Assembly: GCF_009834535.1 (NCBI RefSeq) | Contig: NC_045696.1 | Location: 6,078,001 to 6,142,000, forward strand | DNA from: Camelus ferus | Taxonomy: Eukaryota | DNA length: 64,000 nucleotides | Direction of reading: 5' to 3' | In this document: one piece after another, positions 37,526 through 50,149 of the stretch | How the letters are laid out: every line of letters begins with the position of its first letter | How positions within the stretch are numbered: position 1 is the first letter of the stretch | Position numbers and translations under genes: made by a program | Notes under the pieces: generated by a model | Told to the model about the DNA's origin: nothing | Seen by the model: only the letters and a program-made list of their open reading frames with translations | Databases searched by the model: none

Positions 37526-39269
37526 TCAGATAAATTAATGAACGTCAGGAGAAGGTGTAAAAGAACAAATCACAATGCAGCCTAGTGGCTGCTGTTCTCG
37601 ACCGTGTGCTGTTCACACACCTGCTTCCACGACACAACGCAACACCCTGTTTCATTAGGAAACAAATATTCTCTCTTCCATCCCTCACGGTCATAGCCCA
37701 GTGAAGATTCACCTATTAGGAGAAAAAAAAAAGCCAAGATGTCTTTGAACTAAACTGTTTTATATGTTTTCTTAACATTTTGGTTTGGGACATCTGTCTT
37801 TGCTTAAAAGCACATCTATTTATATCAACAACCGTTTACACTGAGTCCTTGGAGACTGATTCACACAGATGTTGCCTGATGTGGGTTTTTAATACAAATT
37901 ACTTTGAAAAAATGTGGCATTCATTTCTACTCCACTCCTTCCCTAGTCAAGTTAAATCTTAGAAATTTGCAAACCTTATATTTCTGTGTACGCAACATAC
38001 ATCTTTTTAGCTTTTATAACACGTGACTCGTTACTGTTGTGATGGATGGACTAATGAGTCATTTCTGTACTATGAGGCCTGGAAGACTGTACTCCTGGGG
38101 GAGCCAGCTTGGTAATGAGATTACTCACTCAGAGGTTGGCATGAAGGCTGGGAGCTGAATACCCAGTGATGTTTACACCACCGCTGCATTGGCACGCAGC
38201 AGGGGGCCCCGGCAGGCTGCAGGTGGGTGGGGATGGGTGGGGAACGCTGAGGGTGGCATCACAGAGCTCCACAAGACCAACAGATCAGACGCTGATGGAG
38301 AATTAGGGGAGGAGAGACCCAGAGTGAAACCGCACTCCTCTGCATCTGGAAGTCCTGCTCAGGCAGTGAAGTTTCTCACGCACAGCAGGAACTTCTGTTC
38401 CACCCTCCAAAGAGCTCTGCTGTGTGCAGGCGGGAGGGCTTCCTGCTTTCAGAGGCCCAGGAGTTCTGCACTGCCTCTCAGGGAAGGAGATTCACGTCCG
38501 TCCCATTCGTCAGAGGCACACGGGAGATTTAATCCTATTTGACACCGGTTTGTCTTGTACTTGTGCCTCCTACTGATGGATATAATCTGGGAAGCTATGT
38601 GCGCCTCATTCTGTGAAATGACATACGTATGTTAATATACACAAGGGGCTCTTTTCTTGGAGGATACGTTCTCCTGAATAAAGGCCACTGAAAGTGAACT
38701 TAATTAAAATGGGGAACATGATTTTATAGAACTAGTGGGAGGAAAGTGACAACTGGGACATCATCCTGAAAAGAAAACTTTAATAAAAAAGGATGACAAT
38801 AAATATTTTGGTTTTTTTTTTTATTAATGCATTTTAAGCTATAGTTACGATGCCAGCCTTCACAGCACACTGATCAATTCCAGTCGTGTCTCGATCACAT
38901 TCCTTACCTTCGGGAACTCTCTTCTCCCAGGCAAGGCGTGAAGTTCCACTCTGCCATCTGTTTGCATTGTCTTGGCACACCGTTTTCCGAGGGTTTCAGT
39001 GTTTGTCTGTTAATAAGACTGGTGTAGACACTGACTCAGTTTTCTGCAGTCAAGACTGGTGTTGGGTGTGGAAGAGTCTGAGAGTTAGCTACTTCTTTAA
39101 GTAGTCAGTTCATTAGAGAATGTTTAAGAATTATGGTCATTTGGGCTTTGCTAGGCAATATTGTAATAATTCTAAGTTCAGGAGGAATACTCTGAAAAAA
39201 AAAAAACCCTCTTCGATACATACTGGTGTTTATTATGAGCAAGACATTTTATTCCTATTGATTTTTCTA

Positions 39270-39445
39270 AACCTCAAAATGACTCAATAACTTAAGTATG
39301 ACTGCCCAGTCTCATAGATGCAACAATCAGAGGCTCAGGGAGGTTAAGTAACGTACCTGATGTCACACAGTGGATAATGGAGGAGCTGAAATCCCTAATC
39401 AGTTGTGCCTGATTTCAATGCATGTGGCCCTAACCTCTCTACACA
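39270..39445 (-). mobile_element. MIR relic
   Basis: cagaggctcagggaggttaagtaac.tacctga.gtcacacag matches the MIR core in reverse. Confidence 0.6.
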
Positions 39446-39869
39446 CTTTATGCAAGTCAACTGTGCTGGGTGGCCAAAGAGCTAAGGTCACATCTGCCAA
39501 CGGACAGTAACCAGCTCTTGATTTTCCAAACCTCCAAACCTCTGACCTGGAGTAAAAGGAGCCCTTCTCAGTTCTGCTGAAAGGTAAGACTAATGTGTGG
39601 AAGCTGATTTAGGCCACACCTGAAAAAGGACATAATTTTTCTTTTTGTAGTAATGATTTTGGTATTTATTCACAGTTGGACAGCTATATTATGGTGATGG
39701 TCAAAAGGCCTAAAAATTTATATCTATGTAATTCTCAACTATCACACATAATTTCTTTTGTGTAGCACTTTGACTAAAAGAAAATATGGTTTTTCAAAAA
39801 AAAAGGGTTTAAAAAAACTGAGGAATTCAGTAAAACTCTTTTGCAAAATGAAAAACTTTTTTGAGGGGT

Positions 39870-40475
39870 GACCATATGAAAAGCAGTAAACTTGGAAGCT
39901 TTTGCCCAGCAAAGGAAACCATAAACAAAATGAAAAGACAACCTACGGAATGAGAGAAAATATTTGCAAATGATGTAAATGACGAGGGCTTAAGTTCCTT
40001 CAGTTTGTACAACTTAATAACAAAAAAAACAAACAACCCAATCCAAAAATGGGCAAAGACCCCAACAAGCAGTTCTCCAGTGAAGACATACGAATGGCCA
40101 ATAGGCACATGGAAAGATGCTGAGTATCGCTAATTATCGGAGAAATGCAAATCAAAACTACAGTGAGGTGTCACCTCATAGCAGTCAAAATGGCCGTCAT
40201 TCAAAAGCCCACAAATGATAAATGCTGGAGAGGCTGTGGAGAAAAGAGAACCCTCCTACACTGCTGGTGGGAATGCAGTTTGGTGCAGCCATTATGGAAA
40301 ACAGTATGGAGAGTCCTTTAAAAAGTGAAAATAGACTTACCCTATGATCCAGCAATCCTATTCCTGGGCATATATCCAGAGGAAAAATCTAATTAAAAAA
40401 AAAAAAAGCACCCCAATATTCATCGCAGCACTATCCAAGGCATGGAAACAACCTAAATGTTCATCGACAGATGAC
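39870..40475 (+). mobile_element. Internal LINE-1 ORF2 fragment, truncated at both ends
   Basis: cagcaaaggaaaccataaacaaaatgaaaagacaacctac...gagaaatgcaaatcaaaactacagtgag...tatgatccagcaatcc. It stops after acctaaatgttcatcgacagatga with no 3' UTR or poly(A). Confidence 0.9.
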
Positions 40476-43015
40476 AGGACGTAATTTTAATTCCGCATAC
40501 CTCTGTTCTAATCCACTCCAATTCTCTCTCGCTGTCACAACGCCTATACTTCAGAGCATTAGAAACATATTCCCACGAGGAATAACTTTCCAAAAGCAAC
40601 AGAAACCCTGCCTGGCAGTGATTGTCTCAAGAGACCATGTGTGTTCTGTCACTAGACTTGAAGGAGCTGACATTTACTCTGACGAAGGCATTGCAAGAAT
40701 ATCACAGTTATTCCCATTTTCAGATAAACTTTCTAACTATATTTTGCAGCTTCTTTGTTGTCAACCAAGAGGTCAGGTAGTCTGCAGCCTGACACTGGTT
40801 TTTACTCGCTCATACTGTGTTCCGTGAGACTCTGTTAACAGCATCAAGTCCTTTGTGGATGTTGAGTGTACAGTGTGGACTGCAAATGTGCAGGTGGAGG
40901 GGAGCTGAGTCACGGGGTGTTTGTTATGGTGGCCCCTGATTGGCTGCTGGGCTGGATGGTCCCGCCCACGGGAAGGGATGTTGCCTGGTTTAGACCAAGG
41001 AACTCAGGTCTCCGGGACAGGTCAGGGCCGGCAGGTGATTTCTCCAGCAGGTGAGCCTAAAGCCCACCCCCAGACTACCTTGTGCTGGCCAGATCGCCAT
41101 TCCGAGTTTTGGTTTCCTCCCTTCTAACATATAAAAACAGCAAACCTGGCTCCTGGAGGTATTGGATAATCAGGTGAGATTAGGCTGGATAAAGTATGTG
41201 ACAGTGCTTTGTTAGTGATAAAAAGCTGATTTCTGGGGAAGGGCTGAAGGGGAGCGATCAGACTTTGCACAAAAAGTGACTTTTTTAAACTTAAAATTAG
41301 TGTATCTTTAGTGATAACATCATGCTGTTATGTTAGAAAACACTCTTTTGGAAGAAGACATCTGGGCATACAAATCAAAAGGAAATTAAAACCAGTACAT
41401 TCCAACTTACAGCTTCAAGGAAACAAAGCTTCTGTGAACTTGGCAATTGAGAACTGAACTTCTGAGACTGGTGCTAGGCTGCGTCTTAAAAGGTTCTACT
41501 TTAATAAACAACCCTCTCACCATCGTAGCTTTCAGAAAGGTAATTTATATGATGCGTTTAAGCTTGAGATACACCATCATCCCATTGCAAACCCCTATTT
41601 AATGAACTAAATTCCAAGCCCAGTTAATCATTCGTGTAGGGTGTGTATTTGGATGTGACGTATCTGCAATTAGGCTTAATTAAAACCACCCACTTAGAGC
41701 ATGCTGAAAGACCAGCATTTAAAAATAGGAGCTGAATAATTAGAGTCATTAATAGGAATGGATTATTTCATTTATGAGAGCTTAAAAATAAATAAGGATC
41801 AGCAGTTTTCTCCTCATTTCTAATGGAAACGCAGAGGGCAGAGCAAAGCTTATTTGAATGGAATCCCTCATTCTAAGTCCAGGAAGGGCTCTCATTCCAC
41901 ATTTTCCTCCAAAGCATCTTCATCAAGCTGCCGCAAGTTGATGCTATGTCCCGGGAGGGTTAGAGAAAGCCCCTGTCCTGGGGAAGAACGAGGCCAGCCA
42001 GGTCGGGGCTGGAGTCAGCCTCCTGGACCTCTGAGTAGGGTCTTCCAGCTCTGTCTGAACTGCACAACCTCGTGACGCCAGTTCTCCATCATCTCTGGTA
42101 CTGTGGTTATGGCATGGACTTTTCCAAGGCCACCATGAACCTAGTTGATGGAACTCTCGGCTCATCCACAGTCTGTTACCACCTGCCCTTAAGTAAACAG
42201 TTTATGTACACATTGCTGCTGCCGTTTGAGATGTTCCACATTCTCTCGCCTCGCTGGTGGGCTTAAAGAGCTTCCGACGACTTACTAAGACAATGGTGAC
42301 TTTGAAAGCGAGTATGAGGCAATGAGCTATCGAACCTCTTCCAGCACCCAAGCTGACCTCAGGAGAACGAAATCCACAGCTGGTGCCTGGGTGGCGGTGG
42401 GGGTGGAACGATGACAAGTTACACTCATGCAGGGCACCAGAGGCTAATATTTACTGACTGGTACCCAGTGAACAAAGGGAAGATTCTTCTGGCCATGACG
42501 TTTCCCTAGGCTTGCACTGGACTTTGTTCACAAAAATCCAGAGTAAGTGTTGTGTGTGTGTGTCTTTTTTGGCAAATAACCACTAAGAGGCTAAATTCCT
42601 ATTCCTTCCCTTTATGATGAAAATAATTTTGAACTTTGTTCTCCAGGCTTGGCGTGTCCTCCCGAGCTCTGAGCAGGCTTGTTGGGAGGTACACAGGGGT
42701 GCCTGGATCAGCTTTGTGAGAATCAGCTCTACCTTCCAGTGTCTGAAGTCATGTCTTGCCCACCTAGAAATTCTGTTCTGTGTTTTGGGTGCTACTGTTT
42801 ACCCTTGCTTCGCACTGCAAGTAGAGTAAATCTCATTCAAAATTTCACTCCAACTTTTTTGGTGGGGGAGTTGGGTAGCTGAGCTTAGATTGGTTTCAAT
42901 TCAAAAGAAAATGATGGGAATCTGGTTTTGAAGTTGGTTAAATAGAATTTCATACCCATTATAAAATAAAAAGCAATTCCTTTAGAAGAGAAAAATCCCT
43001 TTAGAAAAATCGCAT

Positions 43016-43250
43016 GGGATTTCTCCTCCTCATCAGCACGGACATTCTGGGCTGGATGGTTTTTGTTGTCAGGGGCCGTGCTGTACGTTGTGGGATATTG
43101 AGCAGCATTCCTGGCTTCCACCCACTAATGCTAGGAACACTCTCTTCCCTCCACCCTGCACCAGTGTGACCTTCGAAGATGTTTCCGGGCATTGCCACCT
43201 GTCTCCTGGGGGTGGGGGAGGGGTCAAATCACCCTCGTTGAGAACCTGAT
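43016..43250. mobile_element. MER20 (hAT-Charlie) relic
   Basis: gacattctgggctggat...ttgtgggatattgagcagcattcctggcttccacccacta.atgc...cattgcca..tgtc.cctgggg...gttgagaacc. Confidence 0.8.
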
Positions 43251-44329
43251 ACAACGTGATTAATCAGGGTGGAAAAATTAATTCTGTCTTTCTAAATGTC
43301 TAAAATACCTTTAACATTGTTTTTCTGAGGCTCTCAAGGAATTACTGAATCTCAAGATGGTTTATCCTCTTCAAGAAGATGAAGTCTTTTAGTTTCTTAA
43401 TCACTTTTTTGAGGGTTTGTTTTATTTTTCTTTGCAACTCACCTCCAACATTTTTAAGGTTTAGGAGTTAAATTGCGCATTAGCCATCCTTGCACTATGT
43501 AAACTAGGTCTGCCTTCCACTTGACCCCAGATGAAGACAGGTCATTTCCCCTGGCTTTTCCATCCCTTTCTGCATTGACAATATGTCTAACCATCCACAA
43601 CTGGTGAGTCATTTGGGTACTTCACTAGTGATCACGTTCTCCCAGCCATTGAAGGAAGGCTTCACACATATATGGCGGGGAGCCTTGGCCTTAAAACTGG
43701 CTGATGAATTTTTTCCACTCCTCCTCTTGATCGCCTTCAAAGCTACTGCTCCCCAGGCTTTGTGCCATGCCGAATTAATGTGCTGCAGACTGCACCCACA
43801 GAAACATGTGCTGTATTCCCCAAGGCGCAGTGTAAATGTGTAATCACCAATATATCCTACAAAGCTACCCCAAGACAGATTCACAGTCACTTTCTGAGAT
43901 AACTCTCTCTCCTTTGAGGTGGGAAGATGTCAATAACGTGCTAGTGAGTGAAAGGGGAAGCTGTCAGACACTGTGGTTTTAAAATAAAGCAAAACGAAAC
44001 AGATGGTGTCAGTGCATGTCTGTCTGGGCAATGGAGAACGTTCCGCCAGGTGTATTTAGCACGTGTTAAAAATAGTAGCTCCTGGGGAGTCTGAATGCAG
44101 AGGACGGGGTTGGGGGCGAAAGTGGAGACAGAGGGCACTTCTGTTTTGACTTTTCATGCTTCTGTATAGCTTTAATCTTTTGAATCACTATGTACCACTT
44201 TTATAACTTAAATCAGTGAAATACATTCTCTTTCACTAGACAAGTGGCACTTCCTGGTTTCATTTCTGGCCCTTTTCCCTCCTACCCATGACATTATCAT
44301 CAGTTACAGTTTGAATCAGGGCATCATTT

Positions 44330-44575
44330 TTCACTCGCTTTGGCTATGTGGCCAAGGGCACCGGTCCGCAATTCCACCCGGCCTCAGCCCGCCTCTCTTC
44401 CTCTCTTTATAGGGACCCCAGTCACGTTGGTTTAAGGGCCCATCCTAGTCCAGTATGACTGCTTCTTAATTTAACTATTTATAACTGCAGATAATCCAAA
44501 TAAGGTCAGGTCTAGGGCAGCAGGGGTTAGGACTTCAACATATCATTTTGGGGGACGCAGTTCAACCCGCAACAG
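44330..44575 (-). mobile_element. MaLR LTR fragment (MLT1-like)
   Basis: cagtcacgttgg.ttaagggcccatccta.tccagtatgac...ggggttaggacttcaacatatc.ttttgggggac.cagttcaaccc.caaca. Confidence 0.75.
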
Positions 44576-45229
44576 AGCCCGCCACAGGCATTGTTTTTTG
44601 ACCGTGGTCATTACCGCAGCTTCCTGGCCCAGCCTAGGTGTGGGGATTGTGACGGGAGCTGAGTGCCTTTGGAAGCTTCCTCTCTGCCCCAAGTGCCGGC
44701 ACTTTACAGCCCCTTCCCTAGTCCCCCGTCAGGTGCCTGAGCCATCTACTCCCACACCTTCCAGTCCCCGAAGTGATGCCAAGTCTCATAGCTGCCACGC
44801 GCCTTGCTATCTTTGAATTTCTTCATGAGAAACATGAGGATATCGGTCTAAAAGATCTCCAAATTCCCTTGCTGGATTAGTTAATAACAGTGATTAATAG
44901 AAAAACCTGCTCTGGAAGCAGTTTGGCTCTGAATTGTTCTAAAGAGGACATTTCAACTGAAGGGGCCTGAGAATCTGATACAAAGTCACATTTGATTCCA
45001 TATAAAATGTTCCCAACAGACAAATCCATAGACCCAAAAAAGAGATGAAAGGTTGTACGACTCTGTGAATATATGTTTAAAAAAACACACTGGATTGTAT
45101 CCTTTAAAAGGGTGAATTTTATGGTATGTGGGTTATATCTCAATGAAAAAAATACTTAAACCTTGGAAGAAATAGAGATTATGCCTGCTGTTAACATCTT
45201 CAGAGAGAAGATTTTCAGCTGTGGATGGA

Positions 45230-45840
45230 GAATGGGAAACTATAAAAAAGCAACATTTCAAAACAACAATAACCAAAGGAGCTTTGGGAAATTAACAACA
45301 CACTAGCAGACACGGAAGACACAGTGGAAGGGTTGGAAGGTGTGACCAAAAAATCCTGTCAGAAAATAAAGCAAAATGACAAGCAGCAAAGGGGACAAAA
45401 TGTAAGAAATTGGAGGCCTGGTCCAGGAGGTGCAGTGTCCACACAGAAAGAGCTCCAGCAGCAGGGAACAGAGAAGATGATGAGAAATCTTTAGAACACA
45501 ATGCAAAAAACTTTTCTAGGAATGAAGGACACCAGTTTGCAAGTCGAAAGGTCCCAGTGCAATGGATAAAAATAAACCCACACTAAGGCCTGTTGTGAAA
45601 TTTCAGAATATCCAGGGCAAAAGAAGATTCGGCAAGCTTCCAGGGAAGTGAAAAAAAAAAGGCACCCTATAAAGAACTTAGACTCAGAATGGCTTCAGCT
45701 TTCCCAGAAGCAACTCTGGGAATGAGAAGATCATAGAACATTCTGCAGGCAGATGATTTTCATTCTGGAATTCTCTATCCACAGAAACTAGCAATCAAGT
45801 GCAAAGGCAGAATAAAGATATTTTCAGAAATTTGGGGCAG
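45230..45840 (+). mobile_element. Ancient L1/HAL1 ORF1-like relic
   Basis: gtgaaatttcagaa...cagaatggc.tcag.tttc.cag.agcaac.ctgg...gaattct.tatcca...aaacta.caatcaagtg..aaggcagaataaagatattttcaga resembles the degenerate ORF1 of old L1/HAL1 elements. Confidence 0.6.
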
Positions 45841-46191
45841 CAATTACAAGTAATAAGTCAAATATTCACCCTGCCACAATGACAGAGCTTAAAAACAGTC
45901 CTAAAGGAAAAGAGTCAGAAACACAGTGAGCTAAATAACACCAGGTACCAGTGCTTATGTGAAACACAATGTGCATCCTGCAGGTGGTCGGCAAATGTGG
46001 CGGAGGGAGAAAGGAGGAGGGAAGAGGGAAGAGATGGGAGGGACAGCGAGCAGAGAAGAGAGGGGAGGGAGCCGACAGCGTGGGGACCCCTGTGCCTTCC
46101 ACAGAAGCCATCTCAGGGTGGGGCACCAGCTGGGCAGAATCTGAAGAGCTTTCATGAGACAACAGAGGCCCTACTAAGAGAACTGTGTTGG

Positions 46192-46575
46192 TGTCTTCAT
46201 CTGCTCAGGCCGCCATAACAAAGCACCACGCACTGGGCGGTCTGAACAACAGAGACATATTTTTTCAGTTCTAGAGGCTGAGTTCCTAGATCAAGGTGTC
46301 AGCGCTTTGGTGCCTTCTGAGGCCTCTCTCCTTGGCTTGTGGATGGCTGCCTTCTCCCTGTGTCCTCATGTGGTTGTCCCTCGTTTGTCTGTGTCTTCGG
46401 CTCCTCTTCCTGAAAGGACACCAGTCATATTGGACTAGGATACTCCTGAATGGCCTTATTTTAACTTATTCACAACATTACAGACCCTATTACCAAATAA
46501 GGTCACATTCTGAGATACTGGGGGTTAGGACTTCAATGCATGAATTTGGGGGTGATAATAATTTAGGCCATAACA
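46192..46575 (-). mobile_element. MaLR LTR (MLT1A-like)
   Basis: tgtctt...gctcaggccgccataacaaagcacca...aaggacaccagtcatattgga...gtcacattctgagatactgggggttaggacttcaa...ccataaca. Confidence 0.85.
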
Positions 46576-47504
46576 TCTAACCTAGGACAGAGACTGGGTT
46601 TCCTTTCTTGTAACGTGCACAGAATAACACTGCCGAGAGCGCTCAGAGGCATTTGAGAATCAGCTGGAGAAAGTATGTGAGAGCACGTTGTTCAGTGATA
46701 AAGCACTGAACCCACCTCGATTATTATTTCTACAGGTTGAAGACCCATTTTATGTGTTGCTTGATCTTATTAAAGCTAAGTTGCTAGAACCGTTCCCCAC
46801 TTTTTATCAGAAACCATATTAGCAAGGTTTTATCTTAAAATGTTTTTCCATCATGTCATCTGCTGGTTTGTTGCTTTGATCTCTTAGAACCAGACTGTGC
46901 AGATCAGCAGGTTCTCTCCTGCAGCTGGCGGGGCTTTGGCCAGCACAGGGCAAGAAGCAGAAGTTCTTCCTTACAGTTCCTTCTCCTCACTACCCACCCA
47001 AGAGCCTTTATCTGTTGAAAAATGGGCTTCTTATTTAATATAACCAGAAGCATACATCAAAGTTTGAGCTTTTTTTGCAGTTTTAAAACAAGGCTTCTAT
47101 TTTTGTTTTTGCCAAACTTGGCGTTTTATTGTGGATAGGGCCCCTTTTCTTAGAAGCGAAGCAAGCACTCCCTGCCTGGCCTCCAGGGCCTCCCGAGTAA
47201 CACAGTGTTTAATGATGAGTTATTGGAGTCGGAAGCATTTGTGGGACCGTGTGGGTGGAAAGGTCGCCTTCTAATGAGAAATGGAGTCCAAGTTTGTTGG
47301 CATCGTGGTGGGAACTGTTTACATGCAAAACTGAAACCCAACCAGACGAATGTAGTGAAACCTTTCAAGCCCTCAGATGTCATCTCCCAGAGCAGCATTC
47401 AGCAAATATCAGATAAGCAAGAACAGCTGCGGGAGAGCCCTAGAAACCACCGACAGGATAGACAGAGGCGGCCGAAGGGCATGTGTGTGTGGGAGGGGGG
47501 GTGG

Positions 47505-47529
47505 GGAAACTTCCAGAAACTTCCAGAAA
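47505..47529. promoter_or_regulatory. Perfect 5-unit heat shock element (HSF motif)
   Basis: gGAAa cTTCc aGAAa cTTCc aGAAa. Motif match only; function untested. Confidence 0.5.
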
Positions 47530-47677
47530 CTGCTGGTTGGTCAGGTTAAGTTAATGGAGACATCCTGAAGAGATTATCTTTAGTTTAACAAAAGCAGCCA
47601 TGCCTAAGAGCTGTGTTAGGCCTTATGTGCACTCAACCGTGAGACAGACACTGTCACTGTTGTTGGGGATCTGGTGA

Positions 47678-47737
47678 GTGTGTGTGTGTGTGTGTGTCTG
47701 TGTGTGTGTGTGTCTGTGTGTGTGTGTGTGTGTGTGT
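47678..47737. repeat. Interrupted (TG)n microsatellite
   Basis: tgtgtg... over ~60 bp with two tc interruptions. Confidence 0.95.
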
Positions 47738-50149
47738 AGCAACAGGAAGAAAGCACAGTCAAGATGGCTCTTTGGATTATAAAACAGGGCAAAGTGGAAT
47801 GTACAGTTTTGCTCAGTGTAGTTCTTCCCACCCCTTTTTCCTGGTCAATCTTTACCCCCTTGTCCTGTTTTATGTTTCTTTTAAGCATATAGAACATCAT
47901 GTTCTATTACACATTCATTTCTTTATCATAGTGGGTGTCTCCATCCCTCTCCAGACTGTAAATTCCTGCAGGGCTTGTAGTTTCCTTCATTCCCAGCACT
48001 TGGAACTGCGCCCGGCATATTAGGCACCATAAATATGTGTTGGGTGAGCACATGCAAGACAGAAGGACAGGCACAAGGTGTGAGTCCCAGAGGGAGGGGC
48101 TGATCCCCCCCATAAGGCAGGGGACACTCATTTCGGGAGTCCCGTACTCCCGAGGGTGAGGGTGTACGGGACTGAGGGTGAAGGGACTGAGGATTCTAGT
48201 TCCTCCAAATGGTGGAAGTTCTGGGCTAGATAAAAAGGAACTGTGTGCAATTTATTTATTTTATCTACATTATGATAGATAAAATATTGTATGATCCAAA
48301 GATTGTTTTCCAAATCTTTATTGGATGCATGATACAGGCACACAGAAGCAGATGAGTGGGCGTGGGATGTGAACAATAGAGGAAGTTCAACTAACACCTG
48401 GTTTATGAGAACTAGCCTCACCAGCTATTGAGGAAATGGATATTTAAGGAAAAAAACAGCTTCTAACCGGTGAAATGCACAAGAAAAACAAAAAATGTCA
48501 TCATGTTATTCCCCAACACAGGCAAGGATATGGTAGACAACATACTCAAAGTTAGAAAATAATGCTCAAAGTTGGTTGCTTCATAATGGTGGAGTTATGG
48601 ATGACACTTTCCTTTGTTTAGCCTTTAAAACAGTTTCTTTTGATATACACAGGCACATATATTCACAAACACATACAACTCACCGCTGCCTCCTAGGAAT
48701 TCCAGTCTGGGTGGTGGCAGGGCAAGGGGTCTTCGGCCCCACACAGGAAATAAAAGTGATTTAAAGGAATCAAGGAGGTGCGAGGGCTTCCGAAAGCTTC
48801 CTGACAACTGCTACCCCCTCAAAAGAAATGTGCTTAAGAGCTGGTGATGAAAGAATGATGTTTTCTGTGGCTTGTAGAATCTGTCGTTATTTTGCGGAAA
48901 CTCTTGGAACTTGTGCTTCTTAAATATATTCTTGAACTTGTCAGAACATTCATGAAGAGAGATGCTGTCACACAGTTAAGAAAGATACCATGAGGGGGCT
49001 ACCTGACAGTAATACCAGCCATAAAAAAGCAGCGGCATGCCTGTAAATGCAGATAAAATGGACAAGAAAGTCAGATCCCAAGAAATAGGGTGGCATGAGA
49101 CAGGCATGGGGCAAAGGGATGTTGCATAAAGCTCATGTCTCTGGGTATTTGGGAAAACCCATTTTCAGATTGGCTCCTCATTCGGAAGTGATTTTTTTTA
49201 GCCAAAGGGGTGGACTTGACCACCTCCTTCTTGCTACTAAAATGTGAGAAAGACCAGGCTGAGAATTCCTCCATCCAAGGACAAGCCTTTCTCTTACTCA
49301 CTGCCTGTATTGAAAAGAACAAACTTTCATGAAAACCAGCTGATGAAGACAGTGAGTTGGAGTGAATTGTGAACAATTATATCAGCACAATCTAAAAAAA
49401 TCTATAAATCTTGAAATAGGAAAGTGAGCAAGACCATGCAGGTCTGCAGGGGACCAGACTGTGCGGAAAGCAAAATAAAGCCAAAGAAGACAGAAAAAAG
49501 ATCTCTATAACCTGGAAACAGCAGAATCTCGGTTGGGCCAATACCAGAACATTCTCGTAATCTCACTAATTAAGAGTTCCCGTGAGTTCCTTAGACAGCG
49601 GAGCCTGGGAGAATCTATCTCAACCCGGCAGTACAATTTTACAGCTATTGCACGTTTATCTTCAAGTTGATGAACAGGAAAATGGATGTAATTTTTACTT
49701 CAGAACATGGATTCTATGAACAAATTATTTTGCCACTAAAACAAGCATGTCCTCTTGCGCGCGCACACACACACACACGCACACATGCACATCCATGGCG
49801 GTTAAGTTTGAGAGAGGAATTTTATATTGTAGTAGTCAATTACAATTGGGTAATTCAGGACAGCCAGAAATTCTGGCTTCAAATAGTTCAAAAAAATCTT
49901 CATGAGGACATCAAAAGCCAACAAAATAGTAACAAATTATCAGGCCAGGATGTAGGGAAGGATGAAATCCCAAGATGGTGGCCAGTGTCTTAGGCTGCCT
50001 TTTTTTTTTCTTCTGATTCCTGCAAGGGCATTGGAAAGGTAGGGAGACTGAGCCTTATGGGGATGAAACTATGGAATCCAGAGCTTGCCAAGAGGGGAAA
50101 GGAAATATTAAAGAGCAGGAATGAATGAGTCACATGTCTCTATAACAAG

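Noticed and set aside
46000..46075. Purine-rich tract with triplex potential
   Set aside because: Short low-complexity run next to old repeats with no supporting context.
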